From NCBI RefSeq assembly GCF_009834535.1, contig NC_045696.1, positions 59,398,001 to 59,462,000 on the forward strand: a stretch of DNA of 64,000 bases, given 5' to 3'. Positions within the stretch are counted from its first letter, which is position 1, and each line of letters starts with the position of its first letter. A model generated the notes under the pieces. The model was given only the letters and a program-made list of their open reading frames with translations, had not been told where the DNA came from and searched no databases. The translations under genes were made by a program, and so were the position numbers. Source of the DNA: Camelus ferus (lineage: Eukaryota). This document shows, piece by piece, positions 1 through 11,362 of the stretch.

Positions 1-613
1 CTGCTCTAGATATCGTATATAAGTAAAATCATACACTGTTTTTTATCCTTTTGTGACTGGCTTATTTTGCTTAGCATAATGTCCTCAAGATGCATCCGTG
101 TTGTAGCATGTGTCAGAATTTCTTTTCTTTTTAGGGCAAAATAATATTCTAGCATGTATGTGCCACATTTTGTTTAGTTATTCATCTGTCGACGGACAGG
201 GGTTGCTTCCATGTTTTAGCTATTGTGAATAAAGCTGCTATGAGCCTGCGTGTACCAATAGCTCTTTGAGACCTTGCTTTCAGTTCTTTTGGGTACATAC
301 CAAGGAGTGAAATTGCTGGACCATATGGTAATTCTATTTTTAATTTTTTGAGGAGCTGCCATACTGTTTACCACGGCAGCTACATCATTTTACATTCTCA
401 CCACCAGTGCACAAGGGTTTCAGTTTCTCCACAACCTTGCCAGCATGTTATTTTCTGTTTTTGTGGGATTTTTTTCCCTATTGTAGTCATCCTAATGAGT
501 ATGAGGTATTGATTTGTGTTTTGATTAGTGCTATAGTTTTGATTAGTGTTTCCCTAATGATACAGTGATATTGAGCATCTTTTCATGTCTTATTGGCCAT
601 TCGTATATCTTCT
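1..613 (-). mobile_element. Old L1 (L1MB-like) ORF2 3' end/3'UTR fragment, truncated by window edge
   Basis: Typical antisense L1 motifs: gactggcttattttgcttagcataatgtcctcaag, gctattgtgaataaagctgctatga, aattgctggaccatatggtaattctatttttaattttttgagg, gtgatattgagcatcttttcatgt. Confidence 0.9.
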
Positions 614-664
614 AAAAGTCTTCTTCATGTGTGATTACCTTTTATGGTAGGCTCTGGAGGGAGA

Positions 665-750
665 GGACACGTCTCATCCATCACTGAATTGCACAGTGCC
701 CCGCCAGAGCCTATTGCAAGTAGGTGCCCAGTTATTTACTGAATGAAATG
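665..750 (+). mobile_element. L2 3' end
   Basis: gtaggtgcccagttatttactgaatgaaatg resembles the L2 tail. Confidence 0.55.
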
Positions 751-1914
751 CTGAGATCTCTAACTGCCTGCAGCTTCTGTCTTCATTAGGCAGGCGCTGA
801 GGCTAAAAAACTTGTTTTTTTTCCCTAGGTATAAAAACCCTCTCACTGTCCCTTTAGAGAATCTCTCTCTCCCTCCAGACCACATTTCAACCATTTTAAT
901 GACTCATTCCTTTGACATAGATGTTTCTCTGGCCCTGCCTTATCCATGCTCCAGGCCTGAGAGTGCCAGATTCCTCCTCAGCGGGAGTTGTGAAAGAGGT
1001 GTCTGTGGTGAGAGTGTGGGAATAGTTGTTCTTCTGGGAGGGGGCTTGGCAGAAGAGGGGAAGGATGCCGGCAGAAACGGCTAGTGATTTGTTATATCGG
1101 TGGTTAGGATGTCTTCCTAAGAGGCACAGCAGCTGGAACATGCAGGACCATGTGCATTGTGCTGTCTTTAAGGACAAATTCATGTGGAACGGAGGCTCTG
1201 TATTACTCTCATCTCTCCTACCCTTAAGGAAATAAATATCTTATGTTTAGAGGTACCCAAGTAATCCTCCTATTAAGCGATACCCTCAAGAACATAGTGA
1301 CAGGGAGACAGGCCTTCCACATCAGACCTGCTGAATTTAGTATCTAAATAGAGGCTTCTGTGGCACCCTGGTCACCCATCCATGCGTGGGATGTGGGCGA
1401 GAGGAGAGGCAGGGATCTTCAGTAGCTGTTCAGGCTCCACTTTATTAGCAAATGTTCCCAGTCCTCTGGTATGAAAGGGTATCTTCTTCCAGCTTCTGTT
1501 GCCCTGAAGATTTGGGTGCTGAGGGACGGGGGCAGAGGGAGGCAAGCATGGAAACCTGGCCATGAATGGAAGAGTAACAGGCCAGGAGAAACCCGGGGGT
1601 TTCTGAAGATATCTTTAGCGAGGCACATAGGGATTGATGGATAGATGATCTATAAATGGATCAATTGGAGCTCCGAGGTAGAGTGAAAAAAAAAAAGGGA
1701 GTGGGCCAATTAACTCTTCATTGTGGGGGTAGATTTCTGTTGTAAGTGAGTTATTAGAGAATTACAAGTGGGAGGAATTCTTAAGATTTATATTTGAAGG
1801 GAGAAGAACCAAATGAGTTTGTTGAAGGGCAGTTGGGATGTTGGAGCAGAGGAATACTGGCGAAAACCCCGCAGTAGACACAGTTTCACCTGATTCCTGT
1901 TCCCAGTAGGGTAA

Positions 1915-2240
1915 GTAGCCTGGGGGTTTTAAACCCTGACTGCAAATGAAATTTTCCTAGGAAAGCATTAAAAAACAACAACAACAAAACCCATGTCCCC
2001 AGGCCCCACTCCAGAGAAATGAATGAGAATCTAGGGCCTGGAGCCCTGACATCATACTTTCATGTGCAGTCAGGGTTGAGCCCTCAGTGTTTAAAACAAA
2101 TTTTAGGATACTTAAGAATCACCTGGGCACTTGTTTCAAATGTGGAATCCAGGACCCCACCCCAAAGACTCTGATTCAGTAGGTCTGGGGTGGAGCAAGA
2201 ATCTGCCTCTTTTACTGGATCCCTAGATAAATTCATTCTG
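1915..2240. mobile_element. Two adjacent MER5-like hAT-Charlie MITE remnants
   Basis: agaatcacctgggcacttgtttcaaatgtgg...ccccacccaaagactctgattcagtaggtctggggtgg, preceded by a similar unit ending gtgcagtcagggttgag. Confidence 0.75.
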
Positions 2241-2604
2241 CAGTACGGATATGGGACTGGAGGATGTGGACCTTCAGGACAGTGAGCAAACAGTTCTGAT
2301 GGGTCGGGGTGGTGGAGGAGAAAAGCTCTGTAGGGAAAAAGACAGTTCTGAAAAGATTTCCCTTCAGAGTAAAAGCTGTTTTAGTTAGTATCATTATCCC
2401 TTCAGCATGGCTGATTCTGACAGAAATTGGTGTCTAGCGCTCAAATTAGTCACTTAATTACATTTACCTCCTGCTTCTCTTGTCTTGTGCCGGCACAGGC
2501 AGTGGGTTTGTCATCGAGGGTTTGGCAGAAGGAAGTACTTTGGGCAGGAAAGATGGCAGAGGCTGGAGCAGGGGTTTCAGAGGGGAGAGGTGTGTGCTCT
2601 ATTA

Positions 2605-2991
2605 CCTAGGGTCCAAAAATTCCGAAGGGCCTGAGCTGTACATGTTTGCAAGCTAACAAGTTAGTCTGAGTCAGAGACAAAGGACTTAATTACTCGTGGC
2701 AAACCGGTAGCATGAGCTTCAGCACATTTATGTTGGTGCCCCTTACCCCCACATCCCACAGGGACCCCGATGCCTGCTTCCCACACACAGCTCGGGAACC
2801 CTGACCCAGTCTTCTAAAGGGGCTGCAAGCAGATCTGCCCAGCCTTTGTACCAGAGGGAGACATTATCTTTGTTATACTGGTCAGCAAATAAATCTGCTC
2901 TCTGCCTCAGAGGAAAAAGGTAGCAAAAGTTATCAGGGCCTCTGCTCATAAAATGCAAAGAAATGCAGGACACATGGAGAGTCGTCCAACA
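2605..2991 (-). mobile_element. ERVL-class solo LTR (MER74/MER88-like)
   Basis: tttgcaagctaacaagttag...gtcagagacaaaggacttaattactc...gcatgagcttc, and gagggagacattatctttgttatactgg; ends in ...caaca. Subfamily uncertain. Confidence 0.6.
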
Positions 2992-2999
2992 CCTGACAC

Positions 3000-3678
3000 C
3001 TTGGCTCTTCTCAGGCTCCGTAAGATCTGGCTTGTAGCTGACTTTGGTCAGTGGAAGGCACTGGCAGGATACTGAATGGTGGGGGGAAAAAGAGGAGGCA
3101 GGAGTATCCCTCCCCTCCGCCCCCCTCTGATCACTGCATGTTCTGGGCAGAGGAAAGGAGGCTCACCTCTCCTGATTCCCCTTTCCATGGATGACTCTGG
3201 CTTCTGGTAATATCTGGGTATCCCCTCCATCCTGTTTGACTTCTTAGCTCTTCTATCATTTGGGTAACCAATTTCCTGCATTGAAGTCCCTCCATTTTTT
3301 TTTTTTTTTTTTGGTATATAGAGTTTATTCCAGAATTTCAAGAAGGTTTAATATAAAAGGTTTCAGCTAAAATTTAAGTTTACATATAATTTTAAAAAGT
3401 TAAACTTCAGTAAGCTATGAACACAAGAAAAATACTTCACTCTGCTAAAAGGCAGAACGAAAAAATGCATGCAGCTATATATGTGATGGTCAAAATAGAA
3501 GTATTCTCACCAGGGTCTGCAAGAATGAGACAAGGGTGCCCATTGTCATTGCTATTAGTGACTATGACTGTATGAAGAGAAATTTTTTTTAAAAAGCCTG
3601 TAAATATTTGAAGTGGAAGTTGCTCTATTTTTAATACCTTGAGTGATTTTTGTTTATGTGTTTGGACCCTGAATGAAA
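3000..3678 (+). mobile_element. ERVL LTR (LTR41/LTR33-like), split by an insertion at 3295-3622
   Basis: ggaaggcactggcagga...; the 3' end gtaaccaatttcctgcattgaagtccctc[insertion]aataccttgagtgatttttgttt...ggaccctgaatga reads as a continuous LTR U5 once the insertion is removed. Confidence 0.7.
3295..3622 (-). pseudogene. Orphan retroposed transcript 3' end (processed retrocopy or orphan transduction)
   Basis: T18 tract at 3295-3312 is a minus-strand poly(A) tail. AATAAA (tttatt 3324-3329) lies 11 nt upstream of it. TSD ctccattttt (3290-3299) / ctctattttt (3623-3632), with a TT|AAAAA L1 endonuclease site on the minus strand. Confidence 0.75.
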
Positions 3679-3844
3679 GATTCTTTTAATATATTTTTTC
3701 TAATTATTCTAAACATGTACCTCTCTTCACCCCCAAGCTCACTCCCACTGACTCTTCTACAAATAGAATCCAGTTTAACATTCATTCTGGAGTTGCTCTA
3801 AAGTGCAATTTCTGGCATTTCCAAAAGAAAGACAGAAAACTAAA

Positions 3845-4090
3845 TGGAAAAATAGTAATCTTTAATAGTTACACCAGCCAGAGACAACCCCTCTTTAACC
3901 TTTGGTATATTTCCTTCCAGTCTTTATTTTTCCTTTTTTCTTTAACATATTTTCTCCATTTTTTTAATGTGTTTTTCACATAGTTGAGCTCTCACAGTGT
4001 ATCTATTTTTGCATCCTGTCTCTTTTAGCTTGACATTTTATCATAAGCATTTTCCCATTTCTTTTGAATTCTTCACAAGCACCACTTTTA
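3845..4090 (-). mobile_element. Ancient L1ME-type 3' fragment
   Basis: cagagacaacccctctttaacctttggtatatttccttccagtcttt...atcataagcattttcccatt. Confidence 0.55.
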
Positions 4091-4519
4091 ACTTGTGACA
4101 GGAGCCAGAAAGGTAGAATTAGGGAGAATTCTGACATCTGAAATTCTGTCCTCCAAAAAGAGGATGCTGACTAGGGTTTGCATCTGCCTCTCCCAAACTA
4201 ACTGTTTACTAGTGCCTCTGGTGCCCATGACACAGTGGGAGAAGTGAGAGAAGAGATGATCTAGGAGCAGGGAGTGGGTGCGAAGCCAAGAGGTCACACA
4301 TGAGGCAATTAGAAATAGGAGTGTGAAAAAAAATACCAGATGCTAGGTGGACTACTTTAAATTGTGAGTATAGTAAAAGAGCAGAGGAAGGAGAGGTCAG
4401 TATGAGCTGGACTGGTCCCCTAAAGTCTCTTCCTCTGATGCTATCAGAACAGTGAGTCAACATGGGCCAGGGTTCAGGTAGGGCTGGCGAAGAGGGAAGG
4501 AGCTCCGGGGGATGGAGGG

Positions 4520-4670
4520 TACAGATCAGGGACTATGGAGTCAGGCAGTCCAGTCCTGGCTCCATCATCTCTACTAGCTGTGTGATGATAGGCAATTTAG
4601 GAGCCTCCCTGGGCTCCAGTTTCTTGGTGGTGATGATAGTACTACCTACTTCTTGGGTTGAAAGGTATTA
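4520..4670 (+). mobile_element. MIR
   Basis: ggagtcaggcag...ctactagctgtgtgatgataggcaattta...cagtttc...atagtactacctacttcttgggttg. Confidence 0.7.
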
Positions 4671-7049
4671 TTCAAGAGTTATAACCTTATTTCTTCCCAG
4701 CAGGATTAACACTTTCCTCCAGGTGGGCATGGAAGTGAATAATCTCCATGTAAGCACATGCTGTTGGTTTTTACATGTGATTAAAACTGCATCTTCATGT
4801 TACTGAAAGCGTAAATGGCCTGCTCTATAAGAAAGGGGGGAGGTTAATGAGTTGAGTTAGGAGATGTGTCTCCTGGTACAGCTGAACCCAGGGGACACTA
4901 AGCCTTCCCCCAGGGCCCCTTGTACACGGGGTACCACAGAGCCTGTGGGTTAGTGTTGCTTCTCAGATTTCAGCCCGGCCCTCTTCCCTTTGTGGGTGGG
5001 CCCTTATCATCTGTAGCTTCATGGGAAAAGAGTTATACACTGGGGGAAGTATATTTTCTCAAGATACATGTTTGAGGACCCTGAGCTGGTAAAACCTGCA
5101 TGTCTGGAAGAGAAGAAGGTAGTGATGGTAGTGGGTAGGGGTGGAAGGTTGGGGAAGTGAGTGGCATGAGAAAATATGTATGTGGTTATTGCAAATTCTG
5201 CAAACTGCTGTAAATGGCTGTGGACCCCAAATACCTTTAGATTCTGTTTGCAAAGTTGGCTTGTTATTACTGCTAGAAGAGATGTGGGGAGAAGAATTAG
5301 TGAGAAGGTTAAGACTTAGGGAGAAACCGTTATCCGCACACTTGGAAGCTGTGAAAGAACTTTTACTGTCGCCCCACATTAATTACCATCTCTCCTGGAG
5401 CTTAGCCAGACTGGTGAGGGGTTGCTTTCCAGACTTCCCAGGGCCTCATTCTCCCCCACACAGAGTCCCTCACCTTCCTCAAGAACCTCCTATGTGACAT
5501 GGTCCTTGGGATGTTATAAACCAATAGGCTGCCCACTCCCCTGTTGTAAGGGTCAAACTGAAGGTGCATGTCCAAGTGCTTTGTCAGTGGTGGAGAGGGG
5601 GTTCCTGGGGAGTGAGCCTTGAACTTCTTAAAGCCCGAATAAAGTATGTTGCCATTTCCAGAACTTCTTCCTGAGGTCCCTGTGTAGGCAGGGTTGGAGG
5701 ATGCAAGAAGTTTTTCCTTCTCCTCCCCAAAGGCCTTATAGAACTGCCCATCTTATCCAACCTGCTCTGAAAGGAGAAGGTCTTAAGATATGGAGCCTCA
5801 ATGAATCACTGCCCTTGGGTGCTTATTCCTGGGCATGGAATTGGCTCCACAAGAGCCCCTCTCTTTGCTTCCACTCTCATCTACTGCTTGACTCCTTTGT
5901 TTGGATAACAATGAGGAGCCGAGTTTAGCAACGTGCGCGGGGTGCTTTGTCCATGCTTCTGCACAAAAGGACACCTGCTGAAGCCTGCAAAGTCCTACCT
6001 ACCTGCCAGAAATCTAATTTCAGATACTTGCATCAAACTCACCTGCACTCAGTGCACTCCTGTGGTTGTTTTGGTTCTCATCAAATGTGCTCTTTTGCCT
6101 TGGGAGGAGGCAGATGTCCCCAGAGCCCAGAGGAAGGGAACTGGGGACCTTCCTTTCACTGCCAGCTTTGTCCTCAGGGCCTGGAACTCTCTCCCCAGCT
6201 GTCCACTCTGAATACTAGGAATACAAGGGAAAGGGGTAGAGGGTTTTCCCTGACTCCACTGGTCTTAGCCGAGAACTCCCAGAAGTGTCCCTCAGAGATA
6301 CCTGCACAATGAACATGGTCCTTTCCCTTTCTGTGTGGTCTGAGTGGGCATCCTTGATTTCCTCATTTAATTCCTGGCCCAGGGGAGGTTGTGCACCTCA
6401 GGCTGAGGCAAGCTGCAGGTGGGGTCCTGCTCAGGGTCAATGGTCCAGTAAAGGTTTTAAAGGTTGTACATGAAGTGCTCTGAGAAAGGTGAGGTGCTCC
6501 TCCCACAGGGGTATTGCTGCTGTTATTGTTGATCAAACTGATAATAGTAGTAATAATAAAACAGGCTGCTGTTGCCTGTTTCTGAGACCAGAGAGGTCCC
6601 AATCCCAGTTCATGGACTGAAGACAAGAGAGAAGGGCAGGGTGAGGGTGGGGGCAGCGGTGACAGCCAGGAATTTTCTATAAGCTCACATCAAAGAAATG
6701 CCTCAGCTGCTCACTCCCGTAGAGCTTTTTCTGGCTGTATTGAAGTTGACATTTATTTTTTTCACTTCTGAGGGCAGAAATACTTTCCTGTTCTCCTTGC
6801 CTGTTCATTTCTGAATCTTCATCTCATTTTCTTAATCATCTAAATCCATACACATATAAAACATATACATGTAAACATAACTATATAAATGTATGAAAAA
6901 CTAAAATCATGCATGCTTTGTGATCTGCTTCTCAAAACCTAAAACAAGTTGTTTGTAAATATCTTTCAATTTCGTATTTCTACCAATTGTTTTTAATGGT
7001 TCAATAGTATTCTATCATATGAACGCATCTTGATAATGACAACAAAACT

Positions 7050-7290
7050 ACTATCTAACATTTATGGAATGATTTCTTGCTATATAGTTATATAGGAATA
7101 TATCCAGTATTGTGCTAAATAATAATACCAGGAGGCAGTTACTATAATTATGCCCATTTACAGGTGAGGAAATGGAAGCTTAAGAAATTTAAGCAGTTTT
7201 CATAAGATCACGTGGTTGTCGAGTAGCAAAGCCAGGATTTACTCTAAGCATTCTGATTTCAGATCCTACACACCTAGCAATTTTACTATG
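7050..7290 (-). mobile_element. MIR within or adjacent to an old antisense L1ME fragment (~6840-7340)
   Basis: cccatttacaggtgaggaaatggaagcttaagaaatttaag...aagatcac...gccaggattt is the MIR core in reverse orientation. Confidence 0.75.
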
Positions 7291-7366
7291 ATACCATGAT
7301 TTATTTAACTACCCTTTTATTGTTGGACATTTGGGATTATTTTAACTTAAAGTATAAACCCTTGTT

Positions 7367-7674
7367 CACTTATTTATTTTTTAAATTTTATTTTTATTGA
7401 AGTATGGTTGATTTACAGTGTTAGTTTTAGGTGTTCAACAAAGCCATTCAGTTACACATACACATATATATATATATATTTTCAGATTCTTTTCCATTAT
7501 AAATTATTAAAAGAAATTGAATGTAATTCTCTGTGCTATACAGTAGGTCCTTGCTGTTAATCTATTTTATATATAGCAATGTGTGTCTGTTAATCCCATA
7601 CTCCTAATTTATTCCTCCCCTCAACCCCTTTGGTAACCATAATTTGTTTTCTATGTCCATTAGTCTATTCTGGA
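7367..7674 (-). mobile_element. 5'-truncated artiodactyl-type L1 3' end with TSD
   Basis: tttttattgaagtatggttgatttacagtgtt...ctgtgctatacagtaggtccttg...ctttggtaaccataa. TSD tataaacccttgtt (7353-7366) / tataaactcttgtt (7675-7688). Confidence 0.88.
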
Positions 7675-8759
7675 TATAAACTCTTGTTTAATCTTCGCAT
7701 ACATCCATACTGATATTGCTGATTAGATTTGCCTTATATCATCCTAGTATCTTTGAAGAAAACAGTATCCTGCAAACTTGTAACACATTAAGCTTTTGAC
7801 TTATATTCTGTTGTTATTTTTCATTTGGTTTCCTGAACATCCATGATGCTGGGGGAAGGATCCCACCTTCTTCAGGTACTTTAATCAAGACCGGCCCTCT
7901 TGCTTACCCAGCCCTTGCCTCTGGCCTTGAAAAGCAAGCCTCGGGGGCTGGTTGTGAACAGACACCCAGGGTGACTTCTTCTTCTGTCCCCTCATTCGCT
8001 CCCAGCTTTCTTTCACTCAGTCTTGTCTCCTGGATTCCAGACTCTCTCAAACCATATCTCGACTTAGTCTCCACCCCCTGGCCCTCCCAGCTGTGGCGCT
8101 CTTCCAGCTATGGGTGATACCTCTCCTGACTGTTCTCTGCCGGGCTCCCTCTCTCCCCCAAGCCTGAGCATCTAGCAAGACCAGCGTGTGACGGCAGTCC
8201 ACTCTAAATGCCATTTCCAGCCCCCAGCCCTCCAGCAGGTACCTGACAGTGTCCGGCTTATCCTCTGTTCTGACCCCATGCCCCTGCAATATTGTTCATA
8301 GGAAGAAATTTATCAGGAGTTGTCTTATCTTTTGTTCTTGCTATACAGTTTTTCTGGGACTGTTCCATCCATCTGCCAGCTAATTTTTTTCATTACCTCT
8401 CCAAAGATGCTCCCCTGCATGTCCCTCCAGCCCCCTGCAGCTACTTACCACTGTTTCCTACTGGAGTGCTCCCTACACCTGTCTTCTGGTTCATACACTG
8501 ACTCAGTTTCATAAACTGTCCACAAAAAAAGACTACATTTATATAGAACCAGAGAAATGGACACGTAACCATGAGGCATTATGTCTCTTTTTAGCTAGAT
8601 TTCTTATTGTGGAATTAAAGGCTTTGTGCAACATGGAGGGAGCCGGTAGATTTTGGATGGCTGGGAGAGCTTTCCTTTGCTCAATCCTGAAGATAACCGA
8701 GCCTCAGGAACCGTCTCGAGTGTGGTACAGGTGAGAGCAGGCATGGATCCCGGACAAGC

Positions 8760-8962
8760 CTGGGTCTGATTCCACACTCCATGACCCGCTACGCATCTGT
8801 GCAACCACAGCTGATTCCGTAACTCCTTTAAGCCTGATTTCCTCATCTGAAAGGGGTTAATACATCCTTCACAAGTTTATTGTGAAGATTAGATTTCCAG
8901 AAAATGTATGTCAAGTCTTCTGGCTTCCCACAGCTTGCTACGCAGTAAGTGCTCAGTGTTTA
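8760..8962 (+). mobile_element. MIR
   Basis: aactccttaagcctgatttcctcatctgaaaggggttaata...ttgtgaagattag...cagtaagtgctcag. Confidence 0.7.
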
Positions 8963-9939
8963 CTACATTAAAGGCTTCTGAGATGGGAGTGATCAAAGAA
9001 ACAATTTGTGTTCTCTCTGTTCCAAAAGCTTCCCTGTGGGAAGGACAAGCCAAGAGTGGCCTGGGCTGGGCTACTAAGGGCTTCTCCTGGGGAGAGCCAC
9101 AGCCCTAAAACAAAAGTTGTGCATGACCTTGGACCAGAAGTCCTTATTCTGGGTCCATGAGTGGGCTTTCCCATGGTCTATCCAGCTCCTATAATTGCAC
9201 GGAAATGCTATGGTTGTTGTAAGTGACTGGGACAAAAGCTGTGGCTTTCATCAGATTCTCTAAGGGGTCATTGACTCCACAGAGACTAGGAATTGCTGCT
9301 TTTGAGGCACCTCTGGCTTCTGCATCCTCTTCCTCCATCAACAGTGGCTGTGGGCTACAGTGGGCAGGGCCTGGGAATGGGTCTCGGGGCCTCAGCTAGA
9401 CTCAGGAAATCCATGGATCAGTGCTAGGAGAGAGTGAGGGACAAAGTGCCAGGGGTCAAGGCAAGGCAATGGGGCAGACTAAAGCCAGGAAAAGGCTTGA
9501 GAGGCCAGAGGCAGGGGGACTTGGAAGCCAAGTTCAGGCTGCCTGTGTGGTTGTGACCCTGATTCCCTGAATGGGGACCCAGGTAGTGTCTGGTGTTCAC
9601 TCTCGCTGCTCCCGGGCTGGGCTTCTTCCCATTGCCCTTCTCTGCTTCCCTTGCACCAAGAGTCCTGCCTGGTAGCTGTTCAGAGCCCATTTCCCTTTCT
9701 CACACACCAGGCCCACCCTAGAAATGCAGACACATCAGTCCCAGTGCCATAGACCTCAGCCTCCTGGGGTCTTGCATCTAAGAGTTTTCTGGATTTGTGC
9801 TGAATGGCTCAAAGCCTGCCCTCCCTGGGATCTGTGGAGACCTGATGGGGCACCCACAGGAGTGACCAGCTGCTTTCTGTTTCCACTCTGGAGAGGGCAA
9901 AAAGAAACGTACAGATACTGTAATAAGAAGAATTGGTGT

Positions 9940-10130
9940 TTTGCATTTATTTATTTGAATATTTTTTATTAAGAACATACCATAGGCCAGGCATCATGCT
10001 AGATGCTGGGGAGACAATACTGAATGAGACACAGCCCTTTTTTCTTAAGGAGTGAAGGGTCTTGTGTGGCAGTCAGAACAGTGGCCAGGCAATTACCGTG
10101 CAGGGATAAAAGTGCTCTGCTGGAGGAGTA
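9940..10130 (-). mobile_element. L2 3' end
   Basis: catttatttatttgaatattttttattaagaac...gccaggcatcatgctagatgctggggagaca...gaatgagacacagccc. Confidence 0.75.
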
Positions 10131-10529
10131 CGCAGCCAGCCTGAGCAATGCCGAGCCTGTGTGGCAGCCTGCGGCGGGAGGTAATCGCAGACGTGCCAGA
10201 GAACTCCAAGATCTGCCCCTGCTGTTAGAGGGGTGAGGAGTGAGGGATATAGAGGGGATGACCCCTGAAAAGCATCCTCTAGTCTTGGATTTGGTTTTTT
10301 AGAACCTCTTTTGGGTGAACTTTGGGAGAGGGCGATGTGGGTTCTGTTGGTAAGAAGAGGTTCCTGATCTTTTTCAACCTTTTGTGATGCTTGCCAGTTT
10401 CCCCATGACCTCCCTTCTCCTTTGGCATTAATCTAAATTTTACAAGGGGAAAGGCTCATCATAAACAGGAAGGGTGGGGAGTTGCAGCAGTAGCAGCCAC
10501 AGTCGGGCACACAGTGTGAGAAGAATGAT

Positions 10530-10735
10530 CAATGGTATAATGAAAAAATACTGATTTGGGACTAGAAATCTGGATTCTGAATCTGATCCTGCCACTTAGA
10601 AGCTCTGGGACATTTGGCAAGCAACCTCTTTGAGAGTCCTATTCTTTTTCTACAAAAGTGGGACAGGTAACCATGCCTTTGAGAATTGCTGTGAGGAGTA
10701 CATGAGAAAATGCATGTAAAAGTGACTCAGCATGT
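10530..10735 (+). mobile_element. MIR
   Basis: ctggattctgaatctgatcctgccactta...ttgctgtgaggagtacatgagaaaatgcatgtaaaagtgactcagca. Confidence 0.7.
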
Positions 10736-10919
10736 TCAAAGGAAGGGGACATATCTGTGAGCCTGAGAGGATTTTCTGAGCTTGGGGTAAATTTTTTTCA
10801 CAGCCCTTCACACTTGAGAGAGCAGACAATCAAGAGGCCCCCTCACATTATTCCTCTTGGAAGGCTGTGAGTGTCTTTTTGATTTGGGAATCTGTATGTA
10901 TGGCACAGATACTGCAGGT

Positions 10920-11362
10920 TGGTGTACTTAACATTCATTCCAAAGACTTTCTTCCTTTTCTTCCTTTATTATAAATGGTGGAATACTTAAATTTCCAGTT
11001 TCCCTTGTCATTAGGAAAGACTATGTGACATGATTCTATGTATCTATTGATACATAGGCACAAGTCAGTGCTTATCTTCTTAAGCAAAGATAAAAACATC
11101 CAAAGGGAAAGCTGTTTGCTTTTCACCCTTCTCCCTTCCTGGAATGGGGACCTGATGCTAGGAGGTAATGCAGCCATCTTGTGACCAAGAGAAAAAAGCC
11201 ATGTGCTAAGATGGTGGATCAAGAAGATAGACATCATTAAGGCAGCTCCAGTTTGCCAGCTTCAGACTTCTTGTTGCTTGAGATATATAAGCACCTTACT
11301 TGTTTAAGCCATCATAGCAGGGCTTTTTGTTATTCTCAGCCAAACACACTTCTAACCAATGC
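10920..11362 (+). mobile_element. MaLR LTR (MLT1J-like)
   Basis: ctgatgctaggaggtaatgcagccatcttgtgacca...cagacttcttgttgcttgaga...cttgtttaagcca...ttattctcagccaaacacacttctaaccaatgca. Confidence 0.8.
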
